Shown piece after piece: positions 8,159-18,492 of a stretch of 64,000 nt of DNA. The stretch is from the NCBI GenBank assembly GCA_947649355.1, contig CANSRG010000001.1:3554-67553 (forward strand), written 5' to 3'. Origin of the DNA: an uncultured Mycoplasmatota bacterium (GTDB taxonomy: Bacteria; Bacillota_I; Bacilli_A; RF39; UBA660). The notes beneath the pieces are model-generated. The model searched no databases, was not told the origin of the DNA, and was given only the letters and a program-made list of their open reading frames with translations. Within the stretch, counting starts at the first letter, position 1. The number at the start of each line of letters is the position of its first letter. The translations under genes and the position numbers were made by a program.

Positions 8159-10813
8159 TTACCCTCCATTTCCAAGTAACTCTTTTTTGGCGATGTATTC
8201 CATCTCCGACATAAGTTCTTCTACATCTTCTTCTCTGTTATTCTCGAAGTGTTCTATCGTTAAGTAAATGTTAACATTTTTATTCGTTGTATTCTTGGTC
8301 GTATTGTTTACCTGTGATGTAGCGTTGTTCTTCTTTGGATTTAATCCTCGAAGTTCATAATCGAGTCCATCTGGAACAAAGTTCATCGTATTCATTAAAT
8401 TGTCCATGGAGTCCTCTACCTTATCAAGGTTATCATCTACACCGATTGCGAGTCCTTCATCGATATTCTCTCCAAAGCCCATGAACACTCTCGACGGAGA
8501 ATTGATTCCGAAGAATTTCTTAAATGCATTGATGGCGCCCTTCGCTATACTTTTCATCGTTTCTACGACTAAGTCTTTCGCTGCTTTAAGTCCGTTTACT
8601 AATCCATCAATGATTGACTTTCCTATTGAACCCCAGTCGATTTGTGTAAACGCTTTAAAAATTGCCGAGATAATCTGTGGTATCGCCTCTATGATTTTCG
8701 GTATCGCTTTTACGAGACCTTGAGCGAGTGCCACGATTAACTTGATTCCTGTATCGATGAGCATCGGCAAATTTTGAACTATAAAATCAATCAAACGGAG
8801 GATTACATTCAGAATTCCATCGATGATTTTGTCGATATTGTTTACGATTCCCTGGGTAAGTGCGAGTAGCAACTTTAACCCGGTTTGTAGAATTAATGGC
8901 AAGTTGTCGATGATTTTGTCGACGACCATGAAAATCACATCTAGGATTTTCGATAGGAGTTGGTCGACATTGTCGGTGATACCCTGTGCGAGTGTTACGA
9001 TTATAGAAATCGCCCCATCGATTAAAACTGGAACATTCGCCAAGATAACATCTAGGAGTGTCATCAGTAAATCGAGACCTAATGGTATCAATCGTGGAAT
9101 TTCGGCGGTTATCATATCGACAAATCCACTAATAATTGTCGGTGCTTTCTCAATGGCAATCGTTAAGAACTTATCGAGTTGTTCTCCGAATTGACTCTGT
9201 GCGAGTCCTAGACCTGCTAGAAGTAATCCTACGATTGCGAATGGTCCTACTAGCTTCATGGCAAGTGTAGCGACCTTTTGTAATTTCGATGCCCCTGCTG
9301 TCGCTATCGTTCCTAATTTTGAAAATGCCTGTTGCACTTTATTTAACATTGGAGATAAGGCTGTTCCTATCTTCTGTGTCATCGGTGCAAAAAAACCACT
9401 TATCTTGCTTGTAAGTGGTGCTACCTTGTTTGAGATGGCATCTCCTATTGTTCCTAGGAATGGAATTTTGTTTATGAACTTATCAATGGCACTTACACAC
9501 GATGTTCCCATGTGTGATGAGAATTCTTTTAGTCCTTTTCCTGCTACTCCGATTTTCTTCGCCATGAGGTCGATTCCAGAATATGCCGAAGATACACCTT
9601 TTGTAAGTTTTCCTAGGACAATAAGTCCTGGACCGATGGATGCAGCAAATGCTCCCATCTTAATGACTGCCATTTGGGTTTCTTGATCCATGGTAGTAAA
9701 CTTGGCAATTAAGCCATTAACTACCTGTATCATCTTTGTCGCCTGTGGTAAGATGTTATTTCCGAGAACTGTAGCGAGTTCTTTCATACCTTCAGTTAGG
9801 ATTCTTGTTTGGTTGGCAAACCCTTGGTTTGTTCTCGCAAAGTCGCCACTAGCATTCTTTGTAACTTCTGTAACATAACCTAAACGGAGCATAACTTTCT
9901 CCTGTTGGTTCATATCTTTGATGCTCTTTTTAATTCCTGCCGATTTTGCATATTCGGTTAGGTTCGTTTCAGTCATTACGATTCCGTATTTCTTTAAGGC
10001 TTCGGTTTCGCCTGTAAATATTGCAGCAAGAGCGACCTGCGCCATCTCTTGGCTCGTATTTTTAAATGATGCCATATCTGCACTTAACTTAACAAGTTTC
10101 ATAGAGACATCGGCTGCCTTGTCTTTGGTTAGTCCTAGGGCTGTTGCCATATCTCCATAAAGTGCTGCACCATCTAATGCACTTTGTTTTGATAATCCCA
10201 TCGCTGTTAGGGATGTTTCACTCCATTTCATAACGGAGTCAGTACAATCGCCAAATACGACCTCGGTCTTTTGCATCGTTTCTTCCAAGTCTGATGCCAT
10301 CTTAACACCTGCTACTGTCGCAGCTATAAGTGGTGTCGTTAGTTTTGCAGTAAGACTATTTCCTAGTCTTTCCACTCTATCTCCAAATGTATAAAGTTTG
10401 GAGTTGATGGAGTCTACTTTTTTACTAAAGTTATCAAGAAGTGATGGTTGTTGTTTTAATTGCTCCTTAACCTCTCGTAGTTCTTGCTCCATCTTATTCA
10501 ATGCGGTTGTCGCATTATTCATTTTGATTTCTAAATTCTGGGTAGCGTTGGCATCTTCGCCTTTGGTCTTTACCGCCTCATCATAGGCTTTTCGTAAACC
10601 CTCTACCTTCTTCTTTTGAAGTTCGATTTTCTCAGATAAACTTGACGCCTTGGTTTTTAATTGCTCGGATGTGTTACCAAAGTTTTTGGTGCTACTTTGG
10701 GCTACCTTTAATTCGCTATCTAATATCTTTAATTGCTTATCGATTCTTTGGACTCCGGCTTCGAATTCCTTTGAGTCGAATAGCATTCCGACTTTAAGTT
10801 TCCAATTCGCCAT
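8159..10813 (-). CDS. Tail tape measure protein
   Basis: 884 aa with a coiled-coil N-terminus, G/A/L-rich TM-like central region and repeated ILxxVxxxIDxL blocks. Position is after the tail chaperone. Confidence 0.85.
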   Translation of the reverse strand: MANWKLKVGMLFDSKEFEAGVQRIDKQLKILDSELKVAQSSTKNFGNTSEQLKTKASSLSEKIELQKKKVEGLRKAYDEAVKTKGEDANATQNLEIKMNNATTALNKMEQELREVKEQLKQQPSLLDNFSKKVDSINSKLYTFGDRVERLGNSLTAKLTTPLIAATVAGVKMASDLEETMQKTEVVFGDCTDSVMKWSETSLTAMGLSKQSALDGAALYGDMATALGLTKDKAADVSMKLVKLSADMASFKNTSQEMAQVALAAIFTGETEALKKYGIVMTETNLTEYAKSAGIKKSIKDMNQQEKVMLRLGYVTEVTKNASGDFARTNQGFANQTRILTEGMKELATVLGNNILPQATKMIQVVNGLIAKFTTMDQETQMAVIKMGAFAASIGPGLIVLGKLTKGVSSAYSGIDLMAKKIGVAGKGLKEFSSHMGTSCVSAIDKFINKIPFLGTIGDAISNKVAPLTSKISGFFAPMTQKIGTALSPMLNKVQQAFSKLGTIATAGASKLQKVATLAMKLVGPFAIVGLLLAGLGLAQSQFGEQLDKFLTIAIEKAPTIISGFVDMITAEIPRLIPLGLDLLMTLLDVILANVPVLIDGAISIIVTLAQGITDNVDQLLSKILDVIFMVVDKIIDNLPLILQTGLKLLLALTQGIVNNIDKIIDGILNVILRLIDFIVQNLPMLIDTGIKLIVALAQGLVKAIPKIIEAIPQIISAIFKAFTQIDWGSIGKSIIDGLVNGLKAAKDLVVETMKSIAKGAINAFKKFFGINSPSRVFMGFGENIDEGLAIGVDDNLDKVEDSMDNLMNTMNFVPDGLDYELRGLNPKKNNATSQVNNTTKNTTNKNVNIYLTIEHFENNREEDVEELMSEMEYIAKKELLGNGG

Positions 10814-11011
10814 TTCAGTTTTCCTTTCTTAATTAGAAAACATCATCAATGTAACCGAACTGTACCTCACTTTCCGGACCATCATTTTCATCGGTTTTAA
10901 ATCTTGCATAAATCCTAGATTTAATTACCAATTGCTTTGGTGTACTTCTCCAAAACTCATCATCATCCATTTTGAGAATTTCTTTACCTAAATAATAAAG
11001 CCATTCCCAGT

Positions 11012-11434
11012 CTATTCCGCTCTGCGTGGTTGATGATCCGGATGTTCGTTTTTTGCTGACGCTTCCTTTTCATCTTCCTCGCCCTCCTCGAACGCATTAT
11101 TGATTAGTTTTGTAATTGCTCTTTCAATGGTTGTAAAATTGTTCATGTCGATTAGTCTACCAACTTCGAACTCTGTTAAACTCTCATCAGTAGATTTCAA
11201 CACGGCATATAAAAATGACCTAACGGCTTTTAATTTTTTCTTTTTTAATTCTGCAATGGCTATTTGTAATGAACCGAAGATATCTTCTAGTTCTGCCATG
11301 GCATTAAGGTCGAAGTTCATATCGTACTTCTTTCCTTTTAATTCGATTGTAGTTGACTGGGTTTGTAGGTCTTTGCCAGTCACTCTCTTTTGTCCTTTGA
11401 AATTATTGTTATGATGCTTTTTATTCTTACTCAT
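11012..11434 (-). CDS. Tail assembly chaperone (gpG-like); a -1 frameshift product (gpGT-like) is predicted to extend to 10833
   Basis: 140 aa with an acidic C-terminus, between the major tail protein and the tape measure. Slippery A_AAA_AAC lies 12 codons before the stop. The -1 frame stays open for about 70 more codons. Confidence 0.6.
   Translation of the reverse strand: MSKNKKHHNNNFKGQKRVTGKDLQTQSTTIELKGKKYDMNFDLNAMAELEDIFGSLQIAIAELKKKKLKAVRSFLYAVLKSTDESLTEFEVGRLIDMNNFTTIERAITKLINNAFEEGEEDEKEASAKNEHPDHQPRRAE
11048..11054 (-). other. Programmed -1 ribosomal frameshift slippery heptamer (A AAA AAC) of the tail chaperone
   Basis: Minus-strand GCAAAAAACGAA. After a -1 slip the reading continues ..KKRTSGSSTTQSGIDWEWLYYLGKEILKMDDDEFW.. 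to a TAA at 10833-10835. Confidence 0.55.
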
Positions 11435-11447
11435 GATTTATTCCTTT

Positions 11448-12074
11448 CTACTCGCCTTGAGCTACTTCGCTTGGTTCTTGTACCGCAGTAAAGAAGTTTT
11501 TAATTTTATCGGCATCTACTCCTGTCGCATCGGTATCTAGCATTAATCTCCAGTTACCATCGCTATCTCTGTCGTAGAACTTACCTTTTATTTTAGTAGT
11601 CTTACTATTAGGTTTTTCTCCCTTTGTTTCGTATTCATCTTCGATTTCAGAGAATTTTCCTTTATATAAAACGCAATATCTATACACTGGATTTGCTTTT
11701 GTACTATTGGATTTTTCACTTCTAAATAAAAGAGCCAACTTTGGTGGGAGATCCCCACTATTTTCTACGAGCTCTCCATTTTGGTATCTCTTACCTAGAA
11801 GTAATGCTCTGTGTTCTAGAGTAAGTGCGTTTTGCTCGATTTCTACCTCGCATCCTGCGAATGCTGATAGTTCATCTTCTACTCCATCATCACTATAAAG
11901 TGTTTCACTATTTACACTTGGTGTAATCTTGGCAGTGATGGCACGACTTATTTTTACTGGTACTTTATATACTGTTCCACTTACGCCATCACTTTCGATT
12001 AGTGCAACGTGGACATCTTTAAGACCTATCTGTCTTGGTACTACTGATTTATCAGCTACTGGCATCTTATTCAA
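11448..12074 (-). CDS. Major tail protein
   Basis: 208 aa, placed between the connector genes and the chaperone. MNKMPVADKSVVPRQIGLKDVHVALIESDG.. is typical of an Ig-like tail tube N-terminus. Confidence 0.65.
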   Translation of the reverse strand: MNKMPVADKSVVPRQIGLKDVHVALIESDGVSGTVYKVPVKISRAITAKITPSVNSETLYSDDGVEDELSAFAGCEVEIEQNALTLEHRALLLGKRYQNGELVENSGDLPPKLALLFRSEKSNSTKANPVYRYCVLYKGKFSEIEDEYETKGEKPNSKTTKIKGKFYDRDSDGNWRLMLDTDATGVDADKIKNFFTAVQEPSEVAQGE

Positions 12075-12405
12075 CCTCCTTTAAGTTTTCCAATTTGAAA
12101 CGGAATGCCTTATGATACATCTTTGTATCTTTCTCGTATAAATCTTCTTCATCATCTAGGTAGAAGTCCTCGGACTCCATGGCTTCGATGATTTGTTTTT
12201 CTAATTCTTTATACTTTGGATTTTTAGTCCATAGGTCAACTTGCATGACATAAATTGCTTTGTTGACTTCATCTTCTGAATATTCGTATTCGTAATCATA
12301 TTCAAAAAATGTGATATAGGTTTCTGGTGGATTTATAATCTCCTGGTATCCACTTACGATGTCTAGGAGATTAAGTGCTTTCTTCGTTTTCTCACGAATT
12401 GTCAT
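12067..12405 (-). CDS. Tail completion / neck protein
   Basis: 112 aa acidic protein in the connector cluster. Confidence 0.45.
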   Translation of the reverse strand: MTIREKTKKALNLLDIVSGYQEIINPPETYITFFEYDYEYEYSEDEVNKAIYVMQVDLWTKNPKYKELEKQIIEAMESEDFYLDDEEDLYEKDTKMYHKAFRFKLENLKEVE

Positions 12406-12821
12406 AGTCCTAGTTCCTTTCGCACTCGTTCCGAGAATACATTAAAACATTGATTCTTATTCTTGCTCATCGATTTATTCATGAATGGTTTCTTTGGATA
12501 TTTGCTATTCGATGTTCCCCATTCAGAAAACTTGGCATAGAAGTAATCACTATTGTCAGACTTTTCCCATCCATATTCGATGGCACGATATACGTTCTCT
12601 CGGACTAATTTTAAAGGAATATTATCTGCCATGTGACCGTTTCCATATTTACCTTGATGTCCTTTCTTATCACGAGGTGCTAACTTTTGAGCATCTTTGT
12701 ATGCTGGTTGTATTGCTTCCTCTAGGGCATCATCGATGACATCGCTTTCCAAGAGTTCGTTCATTTTGTTTAAGTCATTTATGATCGCATCAAGTCCATC
12801 AAAATCAAGTCTTGCGGGCAT
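12402..12821 (-). CDS. HK97 gp10-like tail-component protein
   Basis: 139 aa in the connector cluster. Overlapping starts and stops with its neighbours. Confidence 0.5.
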   Translation of the reverse strand: MPARLDFDGLDAIINDLNKMNELLESDVIDDALEEAIQPAYKDAQKLAPRDKKGHQGKYGNGHMADNIPLKLVRENVYRAIEYGWEKSDNSDYFYAKFSEWGTSNSKYPKKPFMNKSMSKNKNQCFNVFSERVRKELGL

Positions 12822-13140
12822 AGAGTTTCTCGCCTTTCGTTATCAATTTGATGTAGTTATCATCCACTTCACATATATCGAGTACCTCATATATGCGGTT
12901 CTCGTACACTATTCGGATGTCACTACTACATAGTGATTTATAATTCTTGCGAATTGTCATGTTTGTTTCGACTTGAGTGGCAACAGAGTTGTCATCATTC
13001 GTGGTTCTCACTATCTTATCTTCGAGTGATGCAAAGATCGTACGAACAGGTTTCCATGTCTTAATAGACACACCTTCGCTGTCATATTCTTGCTCGAACT
13101 TTTGGATTTCGATTCTCTTATCAAGTTTCCCCGGATTCAT
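12805..13140 (-). CDS. Head-tail adaptor / head closure protein
   Basis: 111 aa in the connector cluster downstream of the capsid gene. Confidence 0.55.
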   Translation of the reverse strand: MNPGKLDKRIEIQKFEQEYDSEGVSIKTWKPVRTIFASLEDKIVRTTNDDNSVATQVETNMTIRKNYKSLCSSDIRIVYENRIYEVLDICEVDDNYIKLITKGEKLYARKT

Positions 13141-13411
13141 TATTCTTTATCGGACTGCAATATCTAATTTGAAAAATAATAGCATCCACACTGTGTTGTA
13201 TTACTTCGCTTACGACTCCAACTAATGACCTATTATCGTTCCAGTGTTCTATTAGAATTAACTGTGCGAGGTCTGTTAGTTCATTCGGTTTATAAGGTCC
13301 TATTGCATTCTCCATATAAATCTTGGATGCAGCGATCAAGGAACGAATGAACTCATCATCTTCATCGTAATCAATTCGTAGATACTCCTTTGCTTTCTTT
13401 AAATCCACCAT
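13121..13411 (-). CDS. gp6-like head-tail connector protein
   Basis: 96 aa. The N-terminus LKKAKEYLRIDYDEDDEFIRSLI is characteristic of gp6-like connectors. Confidence 0.6.
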   Translation of the reverse strand: MVDLKKAKEYLRIDYDEDDEFIRSLIAASKIYMENAIGPYKPNELTDLAQLILIEHWNDNRSLVGVVSEVIQHSVDAIIFQIRYCSPIKNNESGET

Positions 13412-13459
13412 GGATTATCATCTCCTTTTAAAATGTGAAAAGAGAGACTTCTCGCCTCT

Positions 13460-14734
13460 CTATTCAGTTCCTTGTTCTCCATTATCATTTTCTGGTGTTG
13501 ATGGAGTGTTTTCTGGTGTTGTTGGTGTCGTAGGTGTAGTTGGTGTTTGAGTTGGAGTTGTTTCTGTTACATTTTTAACATAGACAACTGGTTTTTCTTT
13601 TGGTGCTGTAAGTTTGATATTTAAGTATGAATTAACATCTTTTGTTACGACGTCATCTCTTTGGATAGCACGGATTAAAGTTAAGTTCTTTGTGAACCCT
13701 GCTTCTTTAGATACGGCTAGTGCCATTTCTTCTCTATCCATGAATTTTACGGCTTCTTCTAGGTTACCGATATAAACTGGAGATGCTCCGTTTTCATCTT
13801 TGATATTAGTGTTCGCATACACTTCGATATTGATGCCTGATAGCATTTTCTTTGTTGGATCCTGTGGATTTGGTTGTAGGATTGGTTTTCCTGTAGCATC
13901 TACCCAGTTATCCATGATATCGAAACCATTTTGATTTGTGATGATGATTGCTCCATTTAAAAGTTCAGGATCAAGTTTCGTGTTGATGGCTGATTTAATT
14001 TCGGCATGGGTACTAGCACTTATCTTGATACCATTTGCTTTCAACACTGCAAGGATTTTGCGGTTATCTGTGATAACTGACTTACGAGCAATCCATTTGT
14101 TGATGTACTTAACGAGTCCGCCTTTTTCATCTGACAATAATGTATTTGAAATTGGAAGGATTCCACCTTTATCTGTGATGGCGAATTTTTGTTGTTTAAG
14201 TGTTGGTGATAACATTTCGCCGATTTCGGTTGCTTCGGTAATATCTACGAATGGTTCGATGGTATCTCCATTTTCATAAACGAATGAACCACTTGTCGTA
14301 CTCGTTGTTTGAACATCTACGAATTGTTTTAATGGTTTGTACTGTCTTTTTAATTCGTTAATCTCCGTATAGATATCTTGTGGAATGATAACGGCTACAC
14401 TATTTTGGTCATCGCCTGGTGTAGTAGTTTCAACTAGGACATCTCTTTCTTCTTTGGTTAGATGTTTTCCTTGTAGGTATTTTACAAGGGCTGTTCTGGT
14501 TTCAACAGGCTTTTTCTTGGCTCTCGTTTCTTCAACTTCTACGACTTCATTTCCATCGCTCACTGTTTCTTCCAATTCTTGCATTTGTTCCTCTAGAACG
14601 ATTTTGTCTTTGATTTCTTGAGCTTCTTTCGTAGCTGCTTGACCCTCCTCTACTTTACCTGCATCGATTAACTCTCTAGCCTCTTTCAATTTGGCTGTTA
14701 GATTTCTTCTTAATTCTTGTAATTTCTTATTCAT
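13460..14734 (-). CDS. Major capsid protein, HK97 fold, with C-terminal P/T-rich tail
   Basis: 424 aa with an N-terminal coiled coil (delta-domain-like). It follows the prohead protease. The C-terminus is TPTQTPTTPTTPTTPENTPSTPE. Confidence 0.85.
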   Translation of the reverse strand: MNKKLQELRRNLTAKLKEARELIDAGKVEEGQAATKEAQEIKDKIVLEEQMQELEETVSDGNEVVEVEETRAKKKPVETRTALVKYLQGKHLTKEERDVLVETTTPGDDQNSVAVIIPQDIYTEINELKRQYKPLKQFVDVQTTSTTSGSFVYENGDTIEPFVDITEATEIGEMLSPTLKQQKFAITDKGGILPISNTLLSDEKGGLVKYINKWIARKSVITDNRKILAVLKANGIKISASTHAEIKSAINTKLDPELLNGAIIITNQNGFDIMDNWVDATGKPILQPNPQDPTKKMLSGINIEVYANTNIKDENGASPVYIGNLEEAVKFMDREEMALAVSKEAGFTKNLTLIRAIQRDDVVTKDVNSYLNIKLTAPKEKPVVYVKNVTETTPTQTPTTPTTPTTPENTPSTPENDNGEQGTE

Positions 14735-14752
14735 GATTTTTTTTCTCCTTTT

Positions 14753-15370
14753 CTAAATTTCTAATAATTCAATCATGGCATTTACTTGTGCCTTTTTGAG
14801 TTCTTCGAGAACTCTTTCTTCTCTGGTCTTTAAGTTATGTTCTTGTAGTAAAGACCTTTTTCCTACTTCACTGGTTGGATAAGCCGGAAATGGTGTAGGC
14901 GATATCTCTATAAGGTCGATATCTAAAAGTGTTCGCTCGTAGACATCTTCATCTTTCAAGTATTCCCACTTGTCGCCATTATCACGGATATAAAATCCAA
15001 ATGACACACCATCGACATCTCCCCTTTTTATGGATTCGTAGATATCTCTCGCTTGGCTAGAATTTGGTAGTTCTAAATCAAAGCGAAGTCCTATCTCATC
15101 TTCTTCCAATTGGAGAGTTCTCGATTTGGTGCTTCCTAGGACAATGTCCGAGTTATGATTCCATAAAGCCTTGATGGTATTCTCCTCTAGACTCTTGGCG
15201 AAGGCACCCTTTGCGACTCTTTCATACCACTCATCATATAAAAGATGGCTACGCTCATTAAACTTTACGACATATCCTTGAATTGCCATTGTTTCGCTGT
15301 TAGTAGGATTTTCTCTTATATGAATGTCCGTGGTAGGAATGTACCTAATTTCCTTGATCCTTTTCTCCAT
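14753..15370 (-). CDS. Prohead protease (HK97 family)
   Basis: Start trimmed to MEKRIKEIRY at 15370 (GGAGG RBS). The longer listed ORF overlaps the portal. Position between portal and capsid. Confidence 0.8.
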   Translation of the reverse strand: MEKRIKEIRYIPTTDIHIRENPTNSETMAIQGYVVKFNERSHLLYDEWYERVAKGAFAKSLEENTIKALWNHNSDIVLGSTKSRTLQLEEDEIGLRFDLELPNSSQARDIYESIKRGDVDGVSFGFYIRDNGDKWEYLKDEDVYERTLLDIDLIEISPTPFPAYPTSEVGKRSLLQEHNLKTREERVLEELKKAQVNAMIELLEI

Positions 15371-16724
15371 CGTTTCCACCTCCTTCTTCTTGCTCCTCGT
15401 TTTCACTTGGATTTTGTTCTTCTTCATCCGGAGGCTTATCCTCCATCTCATCTGGTTTAGTTTCTTGCTCTTTTTCATCTTTGATTTTGACTTTTTGTTT
15501 TTGGTATTCATTCATCAAATCAATGTCGATGTAGTTTAATGACATATAATGCTTATCGCCATTTTTGATTTTGTCTTTGTCCTCAAGTTCTCGTACTTCG
15601 TTAATGGAATAAATCCCTAGGTTTATCATTTTTTCGTAGTATGCGGCACGATTGGTGCTATCTCCACGAAGTAATGAATTTAAGTTAAACTTAAAGTAAT
15701 ATTTCTTGTTTACGATTTCATCTTCTGTGAATAACTGGTACTGTAGTTCTTGCTCCCAACTAATCAACAAAGGCGACAAAGTATCTCGTACGAATTCTAA
15801 TGATTGCTGCTCGATGTTTGAGAATGTGGCTCTTTCTAAATCTGCCAACATATGTGGTGGCACATTAAAGATTCGAGCGATCTCTGCTATCGAGAACTTT
15901 TGGGTTTCGATGTACTGGGCATCGCATTGTTTAATTCCTAATGATTGGTAGTCGAGTCCTGCATCCAGGATTGCGACACGATGTGCATTATCGATTCCGT
16001 TATTGAACTTTTCCCATTCTTGCCTTATAACTTGCTTGGCTTCTGGGTTTAATGGTTGAGGAACTTTTAAAACTCCACTACTCATCGTTCCGTTCGCATA
16101 AAACTTACCTGTGAACTTCTGACCTGCGATTTGAATTCCAATTGTTTCACGAGCTACATCTATCGGACTCTTACCCACGATTCCATTGGTAGATAATCCT
16201 TTAATGTGTAGGACGCTCGTATAAGGCAAATTGACTACTTGCCCATTTACGAGTGTTGTCTGTACTAGGTATCGCTTTAAGTTTCCGTGTTGGTCTTTCT
16301 CCATCACAATTTTTGTGACTAATGGATTCAAAATCCATAAGGCTTTTGGATATCCTGTCTTACTCCACTCGATTTCAGCATAAGCGTTTCCATATAACTG
16401 GCGATGTGCTTCCATAGTTTGTTTGAATTGAAACGGAGTCATATATGGATTCGGTCTTGTTTCAATAAGTTTTGCTATTGGGTGATCGTGAATTCGTTTC
16501 TTCTTACCTCGGCTTTCCTGGTATAACTGTAATGGCAACATCGCTACATGATTTGATAAAATTCTGATACAAGCATAAACGGCAGCAATGTTCATGGCTG
16601 TGTCGGTAGTGACATTTTCTCCAGAATAAGTATCATTCCCACCTATTAAGTTGATGAGCCATTTATTCGGTGCTTTTAAGTCGCTTGTATCATCATCTCT
16701 TTTTTCTAATTTTCTAAATAGCAT
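15345..16724 (-). CDS. Portal protein
   Basis: 459 aa, directly after the large terminase, with an acidic C-terminus. Confidence 0.85.
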   Translation of the reverse strand: MLFRKLEKRDDDTSDLKAPNKWLINLIGGNDTYSGENVTTDTAMNIAAVYACIRILSNHVAMLPLQLYQESRGKKKRIHDHPIAKLIETRPNPYMTPFQFKQTMEAHRQLYGNAYAEIEWSKTGYPKALWILNPLVTKIVMEKDQHGNLKRYLVQTTLVNGQVVNLPYTSVLHIKGLSTNGIVGKSPIDVARETIGIQIAGQKFTGKFYANGTMSSGVLKVPQPLNPEAKQVIRQEWEKFNNGIDNAHRVAILDAGLDYQSLGIKQCDAQYIETQKFSIAEIARIFNVPPHMLADLERATFSNIEQQSLEFVRDTLSPLLISWEQELQYQLFTEDEIVNKKYYFKFNLNSLLRGDSTNRAAYYEKMINLGIYSINEVRELEDKDKIKNGDKHYMSLNYIDIDLMNEYQKQKVKIKDEKEQETKPDEMEDKPPDEEEQNPSENEEQEEGGGNDGEKDQGN

Positions 16725-16735
16725 TCAGTTCCACC

Positions 16736-16933
16736 TCATTTCAGTATTTTTGATAAGACAAAGCCGATGTATATTAAAACAAGACCTTGTACGCAGAGTC
16801 CTAGTCGTAAATCGGTTAGATACCCTGCAATTACTATGGAAATGAGCCCAACTATGATTAGGATATCTTCAATGTAGCTACACAAAAAAACGAACCTGTC
16901 ACGAGTTCGCTCACTTAACTTTTTATTAGACAT
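16736..16933 (-). CDS. Small membrane protein (hypothetical)
   Basis: ATG at 16933 with a strong AAAGGAGAT RBS. Two TM helices. Confidence 0.4.
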   Translation of the reverse strand: MSNKKLSERTRDRFVFLCSYIEDILIIVGLISIVIAGYLTDLRLGLCVQGLVLIYIGFVLSKILK

Positions 16934-16949
16934 TCTCGGTATCTCCTTT

Positions 16950-18491
16950 CTAAAATCCAAAGCCCTCACTCATGATATGTCGATTTATGTCGATTACTCC
17001 ATTATCGATTCGTGCTAAAGTGTGGCTAATTATCATCGCAGCTGCAGGATCAATCCTGAACCTTGCCTTACTCTTGTCGAGCATTTTGTTTTCATTGGCG
17101 TCGGTCTTGGCAATTGCATTTGATACAGCCCATGTAAGAACTGGATTCATATTTGTAATAATTCGTTTTTGTAATACTAATGCTTCTACATCCTTGGTTG
17201 GCTCTGATAGTGTAAGCATTCCTTGTCTTACCTCTACCATAACGAACCCATCGTGTTCCATATCGGTTGCAAATTGGGTTGCATTGTATGGATCGTAGCC
17301 TATTTGAATGACTGGGTAGATTTGGTTTAAGTTGCTTATGTATTTCTTTATGTAGTCATAGTCCACGACATCGCCTTCTGTGGCTGTTATAAAGCCCTGT
17401 TTTATCCATAGACTATATGGTACTCTATCTTGTTTTTCTCGCTCTAAAACGCGATTTTTAGGCATAAAACTGTGCGAAAGCATGACATATTCGCCTGTAT
17501 CCAATTTAAACTCGGCATTTACGCTCGTTAGGTCGATTTTAGAGGACAAATCCACTCCAATGGTGCAAGGACGGCCTCTTATCTTCTCGAAATCGAATTC
17601 TCGGTCACTTGCTTTCCATTTTCTCATATCCATCCATGCAATCTCGCCATTTACCCATTGGTTTAGGTATAATCTTCGGAATGTTGCCTCGGCTGTTGGT
17701 ATTTCCTTGGCTCGAACTGCTAGAGTTCGCATTTCTTCGATTTTTCTAAAAACTCCAAGTGCAGGATTGGCGATGTACCATGTTTTCTCATCATAAATGT
17801 CAGCATCTTCTGGTGCTTCGTAAATGACCGGATAGAAAGTCTTATCTGTTACTACACCATCAAGGATTTTCTTTGAATATTCGTATAGTTCATAGCATAT
17901 TGTTCCGATTTCTACACCTGCGGTTGTTATGCTTATGAATAATGGTTGTCTACGAGCTCCTTGACTGGTTTTCATTAAGTCGTAAAGTTTTCGATTCTTC
18001 GCTGCGTGGATTTCATCATAAATGACAATGTGAGCATTGAACCCATCCTTTGTGTTTGTGTCTGCTGATATTGCCTTATAAAATGAGTTTGTTTCTAGTC
18101 TTACGATTTTCTTTTGAGATTCTAGTATCTTACACTTTTTGAATAAGGCTTTATTCATTCTAATCATTGCGGCTGCCGCATTGAACACTTTGGATGCCTG
18201 CTCTCGGTCGTTAGCACACGAATAAATCTCTGCTCCGTATTCATCATCCATGAATAAAAAATACACGAGCATTGCTGCGATTAGTTCGGTCTTACCATTT
18301 TTTCTCGGTAGAAAGATAAAGGCTTCACGATACTGCCTTGTTCCATCTTCATTAAGTGTTCCAATTAAATCTCTAACTATTTTGTCTTGGAACTCCATCA
18401 AATTGAAAGGCTTTCTTGCGAATTCTCCTTGCGTGTGTTTTAGAAGTTTAATGAACTTGACTGCGGTGTTGGCTTTCTTTTCATCAAACAT
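16950..18491 (-). CDS. Terminase large subunit
   Basis: 513 aa. ATPase motifs (LPRKNGKTEL Walker A-like) and a C-terminal nuclease region. Confidence 0.9.
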   Translation of the reverse strand: MFDEKKANTAVKFIKLLKHTQGEFARKPFNLMEFQDKIVRDLIGTLNEDGTRQYREAFIFLPRKNGKTELIAAMLVYFLFMDDEYGAEIYSCANDREQASKVFNAAAAMIRMNKALFKKCKILESQKKIVRLETNSFYKAISADTNTKDGFNAHIVIYDEIHAAKNRKLYDLMKTSQGARRQPLFISITTAGVEIGTICYELYEYSKKILDGVVTDKTFYPVIYEAPEDADIYDEKTWYIANPALGVFRKIEEMRTLAVRAKEIPTAEATFRRLYLNQWVNGEIAWMDMRKWKASDREFDFEKIRGRPCTIGVDLSSKIDLTSVNAEFKLDTGEYVMLSHSFMPKNRVLEREKQDRVPYSLWIKQGFITATEGDVVDYDYIKKYISNLNQIYPVIQIGYDPYNATQFATDMEHDGFVMVEVRQGMLTLSEPTKDVEALVLQKRIITNMNPVLTWAVSNAIAKTDANENKMLDKSKARFRIDPAAAMIISHTLARIDNGVIDINRHIMSEGFGF

Positions 18492-18492
18492 A

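Noticed and set aside
8400-10586. Plus-strand ORFs of 62-142 aa (8400-8723, 8823-9194, 9258-9686, 9690-9878, 9918-10160, 10398-10586) inside the tape-measure gene
   Set aside because: They are antisense to a long, well-supported minus-strand gene. They lack RBSs and have low-complexity hydrophobic translations typical of reverse-frame artefacts.
14753-15511. Long N-terminal extension of the prohead protease ORF (and similarly 22022-23041, 23553-23975, 38681-38953, 42611-43414, 43442-44527, 56822-57598)
   Set aside because: Each extension overlaps the upstream gene and has no RBS. An internal ATG with a GGAGG-type RBS fits better, so starts were trimmed.
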